Below, piece after piece: positions 30,225-38,495 of a DNA stretch of 64,000 nucleotides. Under the pieces are notes generated by a model, which was given only the letters and a program-made list of their open reading frames with translations, did no database searches and was not told the DNA's origin. A program made the position numbers and the translations under genes. The stretch's first letter is position 1. Each line of letters starts with the position of its first letter. This DNA comes from a virus, in IMG/VR virus record IMGVR_UViG_3300028948_000703, positions 52,273 through 116,272 of that record, one strand, 5' to 3'.

Positions 30225-30307
30225 TTTTAGATAATATACGATATCAATATCATACACAAGAAAAATTATATGTAATACTGTGCAATGCCAAAAAAATACA
30301 AGCAAAT

Positions 30308-30324
30308 ATGTTGCAATGCAACAT
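30308..30324. promoter_or_regulatory. palindromic operator ATGTTGCA-A-TGCAACAT (PhaR-box-like)
   Basis: perfect 8-bp inverted repeat upstream of a two-gene operon. Confidence 0.55.
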
Positions 30325-30358
30325 AAATAGTATTATATACAAAGTAAGGAGAAATGCT

Positions 30359-30529
30359 ATGCAGTGGTTTAGCGCAATTTCAACAAAAATATTAAATTGG
30401 TGGCACGGATTTACCATGAATCCAACCGATGAATATTTAAATCAAGCAGTCGATCTTGTAGACCTCGAACATAGACTGCGTGCAATCTCATATAGGGCAA
30501 CCGACAAAACTAGACATGGAGTACTATAA
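30359..30529 (+). CDS. DUF3563-like small protein
   Basis: AAGGAG RBS; DEYLNQAVDLVDLEHRLRAI. Confidence 0.7.
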   Translation: MQWFSAISTKILNWWHGFTMNPTDEYLNQAVDLVDLEHRLRAISYRATDKTRHGVL

Positions 30530-30702
30530 TGGAAAAAACATTTAAAGAAATGAACGAAGCTGTATTATCATATATGATGAGCAGCGCACGTCAAGTAGTA
30601 GAGTTAAATCAAAAACTCTGGAGTGATTATGTTGAGCTTACAAACAACATTGTTGCTAAGAACACTGTGTTATCTACAGTAACACAAAACACCAAGAAGT
30701 AA
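30529..30702 (+). CDS. small helical, phasin-like protein (57 aa)
   Basis: TAATG coupling and GGAG RBS; MEKTFKEMNEAVLSYMMSSARQVVELNQKLWSDYVELTNNIV. Confidence 0.55.
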   Translation: MEKTFKEMNEAVLSYMMSSARQVVELNQKLWSDYVELTNNIVAKNTVLSTVTQNTKK

Positions 30703-30737
30703 AAAATAAAGCCCATTTTAGATGGGCTTTATTTTTG
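30703..30737. terminator. bidirectional intrinsic terminator
   Basis: AAAAATAAAGCCCAT...ATGGGCTTTATTTTT between convergent genes. Confidence 0.85.
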
Positions 30738-30755
30738 TTAATAATTTATATAAAT

Positions 30756-31889
30756 TTATCTTACAATCCAGTTAATTTCGTGTGCTTCTATCCGGCTTAC
30801 AGGTTCCCACTTATTAAGCATACTGTAAATTACAGATTCCGGAACAACTGCTTTACGTGATTTATTACTTGCCAACGTAGTTTGAAAATCTGTGCCCATA
30901 ATATAAATGTTTGTATAAGCATCATATGCACGACATAGGTCAATAACTTTTCCTCGTGCAAGTCTTGTTAGGTTTGTACTATTCCACACAAATGGTGATT
31001 TTTTGCGCAGGTATTCTTTTGCTGTTTCCAGTGCAGTTTGAATAACAGGACCTTGATTATCCCCATGATCAATCTTTAATGCAATACGTATCTGATCCAT
31101 ACTGATAACAGGAAGCCCACCGAAATTTTCTGCTACATATGTATCCTTTCCGGAACCAGGAAGTCCGCACATAATAATTACATTACTTCCTTTTGGTCTC
31201 TGAGCGTGATATGTATGATCTCTGCCCTCTTTTTCAAAATAGAAAATTTTACTAGAATTGCTGTGCCATTGTTTGTTAGAAATATTATTTTCTTCGAGCC
31301 ACATGCGCAACAGCTCTAAACTCTCGACAGTTTCTTGTTGATGTGCGCTAATACGACCAAGATTATCACAAATAGAAAATTCAATAAGATCATGCCACGG
31401 TGCATCTATGCTATATGTCAATGCCGATCTTACCATATCAGTGTGTTTCCATATATGATATGAACGTTGATGCCATTGAATCTGTTTATATACTTGCAAT
31501 CTGGTTGCAATATCTCCAATATTATGTTGCCACATGTCGACCCATGCCATTTGAGCGCTTATTCGACTGTGGTATGGATGACTAATACGTATCCGGTCTG
31601 GTTGTACAATTTCTTCTCTGGTTTTAGCCTTTGCGACATCGTGGAATAGAGTTGTAAGCAGTTGTACATCGTTTGAATGTCCGCGATCATGTACATGCTG
31701 TGCAATCATCTGAATATGAGTCCAGACATCACCCTCTGCATGATAAACAGAATCTTGTATACATTCTTTCATTTCAGCTGAATACGGAAAGAGATTCTCT
31801 ACTCTTTGCCAATGGATACGTTTAGTTTTAGCATCAGTTGTGTTGAGTGCTAACTTCAGTTCGGACAAAATATTTTTATAATTAATCAT
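30756..31889 (-). CDS. HD-domain + P-loop (AAA_33) polynucleotide kinase-like protein
   Basis: HAEGDVWTH, LFHDVAK, CGLPGSGKDT, WNSTNL. Confidence 0.88.
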   Translation of the reverse strand: MINYKNILSELKLALNTTDAKTKRIHWQRVENLFPYSAEMKECIQDSVYHAEGDVWTHIQMIAQHVHDRGHSNDVQLLTTLFHDVAKAKTREEIVQPDRIRISHPYHSRISAQMAWVDMWQHNIGDIATRLQVYKQIQWHQRSYHIWKHTDMVRSALTYSIDAPWHDLIEFSICDNLGRISAHQQETVESLELLRMWLEENNISNKQWHSNSSKIFYFEKEGRDHTYHAQRPKGSNVIIMCGLPGSGKDTYVAENFGGLPVISMDQIRIALKIDHGDNQGPVIQTALETAKEYLRKKSPFVWNSTNLTRLARGKVIDLCRAYDAYTNIYIMGTDFQTTLASNKSRKAVVPESVIYSMLNKWEPVSRIEAHEINWIVR

Positions 31890-31892
31890 ATG

Positions 31893-32672
31893 TCACCTAA
31901 AAATATTTACACCATCTGCGAGCATATTAGGCAATATTGGTCTATCTGCCCAATGCGTGCCACTATCTAAAATAGTCTGAACAAAATCAAATCGAACATA
32001 TTTGTAACGTCCAATTACTTTACCGTTCTGCTCGTGTTTAAGATATAACCCTTCAGATAAATTACTTTTTTCAGTTTCTTTAACAGCTTGGTCCGAATCA
32101 ATGCCGTGTCGTTCAGCTTGAAGCCTAAGATTAGCTACCCAATTTTCACTTTTAAACAAACTTGGTTTAATAAGAGCTTCGATACCTTTTTTATCTTTTA
32201 CAGGTCCTCGATGAACAACAGGTACGCTTACAACAGGTAAGTCTTTTAAAAGAGTATGTCTAGAATTAGTATCTAACCAATAATTATCTTTTCTGTCATA
32301 TATGTCAAATTCTAAAAAATAATGAGGAAGTTTGTCATAAAAAACTGAATGTTTTGCATAACACCATTCCCCGTACATAGTATACCTGTCACCTAGCACT
32401 AGATAAAAATCATCTGTAAGAGATGTTGCCCATTGCTTGAATAGGTTAAACTGTGCTTCTCGCGCTCCGCCAAGTAAAACATGTCCGCGGCTTTGAAGTT
32501 GAATAGACACGTCAGTACGCGCACTTACTCCGCTATTTGCACCGTCTATCTTTTCTTCCCATACAAACTCGCCACCAGACAACGACGAAATAGGAATTTG
32601 ATCGTTCGCAGTATCGCCGGGCTGTAAGCGGCTTCCTTCGAGATGAGGAGTTCTAGGATATTTTATAAACAT
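31893..32672 (-). CDS. ATP-dependent RNA ligase family protein
   Basis: KYPRTPHL, EEKIDGAN (motif I), YGEW, FLEFDI, EGLYLK, RYKYV. Confidence 0.88.
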   Translation of the reverse strand: MFIKYPRTPHLEGSRLQPGDTANDQIPISSLSGGEFVWEEKIDGANSGVSARTDVSIQLQSRGHVLLGGAREAQFNLFKQWATSLTDDFYLVLGDRYTMYGEWCYAKHSVFYDKLPHYFLEFDIYDRKDNYWLDTNSRHTLLKDLPVVSVPVVHRGPVKDKKGIEALIKPSLFKSENWVANLRLQAERHGIDSDQAVKETEKSNLSEGLYLKHEQNGKVIGRYKYVRFDFVQTILDSGTHWADRPILPNMLADGVNIFR

Positions 32673-32756
32673 AACATCAAACCTTATTATGGTCCTATAA
32701 TAGCATTATATGATTACAACGTCAATGCTAAAATTTAGGTGCAAATTATTAAGAAA

Positions 32757-32786
32757 AATAAAGCCTGCTGTAATGCAGGCTTTATC
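32757..32786 (-). terminator. intrinsic terminator
   Basis: ATAAAGCCTGC...GCAGGCTTTAT with T-run on the minus strand. Confidence 0.75.
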
Positions 32787-32787
32787 T

Positions 32788-33029
32788 TTATCGCAGGTTG
32801 ACTTTATATCAACTTATGGGACTTTTGTTAACAGTTGCTTCGGAATTCTATCCCTGTCGTATCATGGCCTCTATCTTCGACAGTTAGTTAACATGGTCTC
32901 TTTAGAAGTTGGTCGGTATATCTCCGCTCACATTGGCCAAATTGTTTGTCCTCATTCACCCTTTATAGAGTCTAACATATTGTTGCTCTACACCCTCACA
33001 TCATCGTGTAACACACGCCTCTGCGATAA
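32788..33029 (-). ncRNA. candidate independently transcribed structured ncRNA (~240 nt)
   Basis: closing stem TTATCGCAG/CTGCGATAA; TTGACT..TATAAATA promoter directly upstream; terminator directly downstream. Confidence 0.6.
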
Positions 33030-33084
33030 CTATATTTATATATAATGATTGATAAAGTCAAAGATAGAATTGTAAGCTGCGTAT

Positions 33085-33732
33085 TTAAACGATTAGGGTT
33101 TTTTCATGTCCTACACGTATAGCAGGATCTACAAGAATGTCAAATCCTTTTTCTTGTGCACTCCAACAAAACCCAACATCTTCGGCACAAAAATCATGGA
33201 AGTTATTGTTTGATATCCATCTAGGTCTGAACCACGGATATTCCATAGATTCAATTACTCCTTTTTTAATTGCAATAAATCCAAATCCAACATAACTAAC
33301 ATTAAAGGGAGAAGATTTTAACGAAAGGTCTCGATCTGTCATGAACTTAAATGTTCCATAATTTTCTAAATGTTGAAAATTTAAATTTTCAACAATTGGA
33401 TAGTTTATTCCATTGGACATATGATAACATCCACTAACAATAGGTTTATCATGTTTTAAAAGATTTAATATGTCTTCTGGTTTCCAAACAATGTCGTTAT
33501 CTATCCAGATTTGATATTCATAATCAATTTGACCTTGCCACGGTATCTGATTTTTGCCTTTAACATTATCTCCGCCTAATATTCGATTTCGTGTATAGTA
33601 CACTACTGGATCATAGTCCATGCAATATGCATAAGCAATATGATTTTTTGCTAATTCGTGGATTGTAGAATTCCAGCTACTAAAATATCGACTAGATATG
33701 GTATTACCAGGCAGACAAAAAACAACTCTCAT
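33085..33732 (-). CDS. glycosyltransferase family 2-like
   Basis: WIDNDI (DxD), GFGFIAIK, AEDVGFC, VGHEK. Confidence 0.8.
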   Translation of the reverse strand: MRVVFCLPGNTISSRYFSSWNSTIHELAKNHIAYAYCMDYDPVVYYTRNRILGGDNVKGKNQIPWQGQIDYEYQIWIDNDIVWKPEDILNLLKHDKPIVSGCYHMSNGINYPIVENLNFQHLENYGTFKFMTDRDLSLKSSPFNVSYVGFGFIAIKKGVIESMEYPWFRPRWISNNNFHDFCAEDVGFCWSAQEKGFDILVDPAIRVGHEKTLIV

Positions 33733-33740
33733 TGATATTA

Positions 33741-33944
33741 TTATTCTCCTAAATTTTCTGTAAATGTTAAAAGATATAATGACTGATCATTAACAGATTT
33801 AAAAAATACACTATCTCCAAATACAAATACATCGCTTTCGCAATTAAAAATGAATCTCACAAAATTATTTGTATATATGCCGTCATTGAGTACACCAAGT
33901 TTAACAGGTGACAATAACCAACTATTATCTAAATATTCCTCCAC
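33741..33944 (-). CDS. small protein, possibly paralog family
   Basis: VFFKSVNDQSLYLLTF. Confidence 0.5.
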   Translation of the reverse strand: MEEYLDNSWLLSPVKLGVLNDGIYTNNFVRFIFNCESDVFVFGDSVFFKSVNDQSLYLLTFTENLGE

Positions 33945-34642
33945 GGAAATCCTCCAGGATATCGAGTTTTCATTATCTTGTTTCCGGTTAAAAAGAAATC
34001 TGATGTTACTGAATTTGGATTACCATCTAACCTATAGCATACTGTTGCTTGACCAGTACATTTATAATTGGGAGCATACTGATCAATTATACTGTAAAAT
34101 CGCCGATCGCCACCCCACCCGCTGTACCATGCAGATGCTAAACCTGTTATAATTTCTTTTTTTATACAGTATGTGGAAGTATCAACTAATCTGTGTTGAT
34201 CTGACATATATATAGGCCATCGTCCTAAACTTTCGCAGTCGTCATCGCATATATAATTTAAATTAGAGTCGTATATTTTTCGTAGGCTATGACACCACTG
34301 TAATTTATTATTTTCACAAGTATTAATCATAGTGTCTACATGGTTTGCTTCAAACCAATTATCTTCGTCGCAATATAAAATGTAATTATGATCAAATAAA
34401 AAGCTTACAGCGGCTAAAATACGATGTCCATACCATCCGTTTTTACCAGTGTTAGCAGGTAATATACAGTGTTTAACCTGCGGATATTGTTTTAATATTT
34501 GTAATGACCTTTCAGCATATTCTGGACCATCAATTATAGACCAAACTTCTGTATTAGTATATGTCTGAGAGGTGGCACCGGATAATGCTTTGTTAAGTTT
34601 TTCTGTACCTATAGTTGGAATAACAATTAGAGCAGATGTCAT
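33929..34642 (-). CDS. glycosyltransferase family 2
   Basis: VIPT, IIDG, CDEDNW, WGGDR. Confidence 0.85.
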   Translation of the reverse strand: MTSALIVIPTIGTEKLNKALSGATSQTYTNTEVWSIIDGPEYAERSLQILKQYPQVKHCILPANTGKNGWYGHRILAAVSFLFDHNYILYCDEDNWFEANHVDTMINTCENNKLQWCHSLRKIYDSNLNYICDDDCESLGRWPIYMSDQHRLVDTSTYCIKKEIITGLASAWYSGWGGDRRFYSIIDQYAPNYKCTGQATVCYRLDGNPNSVTSDFFLTGNKIMKTRYPGGFPWRNI

Positions 34643-34678
34643 AACAAATTATATTTAATTGATTATCATTATTCCTAA

Positions 34679-35407
34679 TTAAAAATACCAACAAAAATTC
34701 TTAATATATTGATCACGTTCCGTTTCATTTAATGTTAAAAAATCTTTTTCCATTTTATACCATTTATCCATTAATGGGTTAGAAATTGACGGATACCAAA
34801 ATAGTCCTAATGAATTTCGGCTCCACGGAAATCTTCCCTTAATTCTAAATTCTTCAAGCATATCAATTATAATCCATCTTAGATTTGCACCTGACTCGAC
34901 GCTTAAATTATTTCTATCAAATGCAGTTGTAGTGAGCCATTCTCTTATTTTTAAACGAATAGGTAAAGGAGCAAGGCCAATAGTCTGATTAACTACATTA
35001 CTTGTCCACACCAGTGAACTGCCAAAATTGCTTAAAGACATTGACTCTGGTACACCTCGACGAATGGGCACTAAATGATCTTTAGTTCCCATCCATGGCA
35101 TTACTTTAGAATCATGATTCCATTTTTCTCTTTTATGAGTTACAGGTAAACACACAACACTTGAATAAAAACATCTGTAATCTATAGTTGGCAGATGAAA
35201 TTTTTTATATTTTATAGTATTTCTAGATGAATAATAAGAAGGAGGTTCCCATAACCCAATTATATTTTTTGATATAATTGGTTTTTGAATTTCACCGTAT
35301 ACGCCTTGTGCAAATCTTTCGTGTCTTTTTACTTTATGTTTATGATGTTTACGAGCCGCTTTTGGCATGCTTTCTGTTAGAGGTTGAATTAACTGTGTCA
35401 TTTTCAA
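34679..35407 (-). CDS. hypothetical protein (weak HNH-like TKDHLVP motif)
   Basis: CFY...TKDHLVP...N. Confidence 0.5.
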   Translation of the reverse strand: MKMTQLIQPLTESMPKAARKHHKHKVKRHERFAQGVYGEIQKPIISKNIIGLWEPPSYYSSRNTIKYKKFHLPTIDYRCFYSSVVCLPVTHKREKWNHDSKVMPWMGTKDHLVPIRRGVPESMSLSNFGSSLVWTSNVVNQTIGLAPLPIRLKIREWLTTTAFDRNNLSVESGANLRWIIIDMLEEFRIKGRFPWSRNSLGLFWYPSISNPLMDKWYKMEKDFLTLNETERDQYIKNFCWYF

Positions 35408-36359
35408 TAAAAATCTTTTTCCCGTGTTTCCTCAAGCGAAAACCTTTGACATACAATTCATTTTTAGAATCAAACGTAGCATTTTTAATTCCGTGCGAGA
35501 ATTGTTCAATATGTCCAATGCTATATCCATATACTTCGTTGTTGCTTAGAATATGAAGAATTAGATTCTTAATTCTAAGAGAACTTAGCTTTTGAATTTT
35601 AGTCCAGTCTAGAACATTATCATCAATTTTTGAGTTTTGATAATCATTCATAGCCAAGTCTGTGTTTAATTCCCACGACTCTCCCAATAGTTCAATACTT
35701 TTAGCAATATTGATATCTGCAATATCAAATCTACTAGAGATCACTGGCCATACTTCGTGACGAATATAGTTGCGATCATATTTTGTATCATAATTACTAG
35801 TATCATTGCAAGATTGAATATCATTCAGAGCAGCATATGCTTCAATTGTACTGCGACTTACATTTAAAAGAGGTCGAACAATTGATACATCACTGTCGTA
35901 CCAACAAGGACTAACAACTGGCATGCTTTTTAGCCCTCGAATACCACTACCACGGAATAGCTTCAAAAAGAAAGTTTCAATTTGGTCGTTCATGTGATGT
36001 GCTAAGATCAGCGTATCTGACTTAGTTTCACAAAATGCTTGATATCGAGCTTGTCTTGCAGCATACTCGACATTTTTGCCAAACGAATCAATGTTAACAT
36101 TCTTAATAGTGCAAGACAACCCAAGATTTGCACAGGTCATACTTACTAGATCTGCCCAATTATCACTGTTTGGATGAATTCTGTGATTAATATGCATAAT
36201 GTGCATTTCTTTGTCAATATGGTCTTTATTGTCTGCTAACCAGTGCAATAGTACCATACTATCAACACCGCCGCTTACACCTACCAGGCATCGACGACTA
36301 TCTTTGATAAGTCTATTAAACCAATTTGTATCGATTAATTGCATATGTGATTCCATCAT
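35349..36359 (-). CDS. tilS: tRNA(Ile)-lysidine synthetase
   Basis: SGGVDS PP-loop, HINH, ARQARY, AHHMNDQIET, RPLL, RNYIRH. Confidence 0.93.
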   Translation of the reverse strand: MMESHMQLIDTNWFNRLIKDSRRCLVGVSGGVDSMVLLHWLADNKDHIDKEMHIMHINHRIHPNSDNWADLVSMTCANLGLSCTIKNVNIDSFGKNVEYAARQARYQAFCETKSDTLILAHHMNDQIETFFLKLFRGSGIRGLKSMPVVSPCWYDSDVSIVRPLLNVSRSTIEAYAALNDIQSCNDTSNYDTKYDRNYIRHEVWPVISSRFDIADINIAKSIELLGESWELNTDLAMNDYQNSKIDDNVLDWTKIQKLSSLRIKNLILHILSNNEVYGYSIGHIEQFSHGIKNATFDSKNELYVKGFRLRKHGKKIFIENDTVNSTSNRKHAKSGS

Positions 36360-36387
36360 ACACTAATAACAATAAATTTAGTATAAA

Positions 36388-36840
36388 TCAACGAGTATTT
36401 TGAGCAGTTAAATTAACTAATCTCTTTGCAGCACGGTCGCTGTTAAACAACTGCGTAAGACCCCAATGTAACGGGTCTGGTAATTCATCAATGGTGCACC
36501 ATAGATAATCTACGCTTTCCCAATTTAATCTTGGTTCAAATTTTTTGTCTATGATACATGCAAACGTATAAAATTTAAATTTTGGAGCATGTGTTTCATT
36601 GGTATAAATCAATGAGAGAGTTGATGGATCAACTTGATATCCAATTTCTTCGTATGCCTCTCTACATGCTGCATGTGCAGGCAATTCTTGTTTTTCTGCA
36701 GATCCGCCAGGCAAGCACCATGTGTTTGGCATAGAAACTAAACTACTGCGTTTTATTAATAAAAAATTCCTATTGCTTGGAATGTAAAATAAACAACCTG
36801 CTCCTCTATGTTGAGGAGCAGCTAAATCATTGGCTTTCAT
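36388..36840 (-). CDS. Nudix hydrolase
   Basis: GGSAEKQELPAHAACREAYEEIG Nudix box. Confidence 0.9.
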   Translation of the reverse strand: MKANDLAAPQHRGAGCLFYIPSNRNFLLIKRSSLVSMPNTWCLPGGSAEKQELPAHAACREAYEEIGYQVDPSTLSLIYTNETHAPKFKFYTFACIIDKKFEPRLNWESVDYLWCTIDELPDPLHWGLTQLFNSDRAAKRLVNLTAQNTR

Positions 36841-36848
36841 AGAAATAT

Positions 36849-38207
36849 TTATCGTTCTACAGTGGGTAATTTTTTCAACTCTGTTACTTCTTTTCTATAT
36901 ATAGCACGTATTTTAGTTTCGTCGGCTAAAATTGAGTTGTATTCTGCAATAGTTTGTTTTAGTTCTTTTATTTTGTCTACTATTTCTTGGTATGCATCTT
37001 TAGCCCATCTATACGATGGTAAAGCACTTAACCGATCTAGCTGATCGTTATCAAGATCTAGGTCTTTACAAATCTTTGTAATTTTATCAATTAACTCACT
37101 TCTGTCATTTGCTTTTGGTAAAAAGGCTGGCAATCCTTTGTCTATACATTCTTTAAGGGCCAAATACCAATTTAACGAATGTGTAGCATCTTTGATCCAT
37201 TTTGAATATCGAACTTTATAGAATTTAAGTCTCCATTCAACAAACTCTCTTATTAATGTTTCAGCAGATGTGTATTGCCTAATAGAAGTACCGTCCCAGT
37301 CAAGTACTACGATACGTTCGGTTGTTTTGCTGCGTAGCTTTAAAAAATCAACAGCTTTGTCTTCGGTCCAGTTATCTATTGAACCACGTTTGAATCTAAT
37401 TTCGACATGTATATTTTTTGTACTGCGATCAACATATGTTTGTATTTGACCCTCGTCTTCCATCTTGTTGAGACGTACTTTAAATTTTTCAAGACTGAGG
37501 TCAGGTGGTAGTTCACTAACAATAATAGTGCTTCCATCTATAGCGAGTTTACCAACAAATTCATACGCATTATCGCCAATCCCTCGTACACTGGTATTAA
37601 GATATTCGTAACAGGGTAATAATTCAGGCAACTTTTTCTTTCCGTCAATTGCAGCAATAGTAGCATCTACTAAATCAGAAAATGACCGTGGTAAAATATC
37701 AGTGCTCCAACCAACTGCAATACCGCTTACACCGTTTAACAATACCAACGGAATTAACGGAAGAAAATTCTTAGGTTCCATTACACTTCCATCATAATTT
37801 TCTTTCAATGGGATAATTTCGTAATCATGATAGATTAGTTTATCCGTAAATGTATTCTTTTTGACATATGTATATCTAGGTGCACCCCAATCTGTAGGTC
37901 CAACTCTAGTTCCAAATGCTCCAATACCAGACAGCAATGTAATATTATTGCAATAAGGAGCTGCCATCAAGCTGATAGTATCACATGCAGATGCATCTGA
38001 GTGTAGGTAAATGTTCTGAGATATCATTTCGCCAGCAAGAGAGATAGTTTTTAGCTTATCACTCTTAGGTTTCATCACAAATAATGCTTTACGCTGTGCG
38101 TCTTTTAAACCGTCACTAACACAAGGAATTCCTCGGCTTTGACAAACATATATACTGTAGTCTCTACTAGTATCTTTGATAAAATCTGTTGTAGTTGAAT
38201 ATTTCAT
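36849..38207 (-). CDS. type II DNA topoisomerase, GyrA/T4 gp52-like subunit
   Basis: DGLKDAQRK, YLHSD, GAPRYT catalytic Tyr, NGVSGIAVGW. Confidence 0.92.
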   Translation of the reverse strand: MKYSTTTDFIKDTSRDYSIYVCQSRGIPCVSDGLKDAQRKALFVMKPKSDKLKTISLAGEMISQNIYLHSDASACDTISLMAAPYCNNITLLSGIGAFGTRVGPTDWGAPRYTYVKKNTFTDKLIYHDYEIIPLKENYDGSVMEPKNFLPLIPLVLLNGVSGIAVGWSTDILPRSFSDLVDATIAAIDGKKKLPELLPCYEYLNTSVRGIGDNAYEFVGKLAIDGSTIIVSELPPDLSLEKFKVRLNKMEDEGQIQTYVDRSTKNIHVEIRFKRGSIDNWTEDKAVDFLKLRSKTTERIVVLDWDGTSIRQYTSAETLIREFVEWRLKFYKVRYSKWIKDATHSLNWYLALKECIDKGLPAFLPKANDRSELIDKITKICKDLDLDNDQLDRLSALPSYRWAKDAYQEIVDKIKELKQTIAEYNSILADETKIRAIYRKEVTELKKLPTVER

Positions 38208-38495
38208 TTAGGCCTCTATATCATGTGTTAGTAAAAATTGTGTTGCATGTTCTTTATTTTTAAACCTACAACTTACACGTACAGTTGTTAGATATAACAC
38301 TGGATCGTAATCAGATATTATATGTATTGGACAATAGTCTAGATTTTCACTGATCCAATTTATAATATCTGGATGATTTTTGTAAAACTCAAAACTTATT
38401 GCATTAATATTTTCGTCACTAATATCAGTAAATTTGTATTTTTTGATTAAGATATCTATAAACTTATTTTTTTCAGAAATCATAGAGATATCCAT
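38208..38495 (-). CDS. small paralog-family protein between topoisomerase subunits
   Basis: NWISEN...RFKNKEHATQFLLT. Confidence 0.55.
   Translation of the reverse strand: MDISMISEKNKFIDILIKKYKFTDISDENINAISFEFYKNHPDIINWISENLDYCPIHIISDYDPVLYLTTVRVSCRFKNKEHATQFLLTHDIEA

Noticed and set aside
32710-33045. 111-aa + strand ORF
   Set aside because: No RBS or motif; overlaps a terminator and a stem-closed element with a minus-strand promoter.
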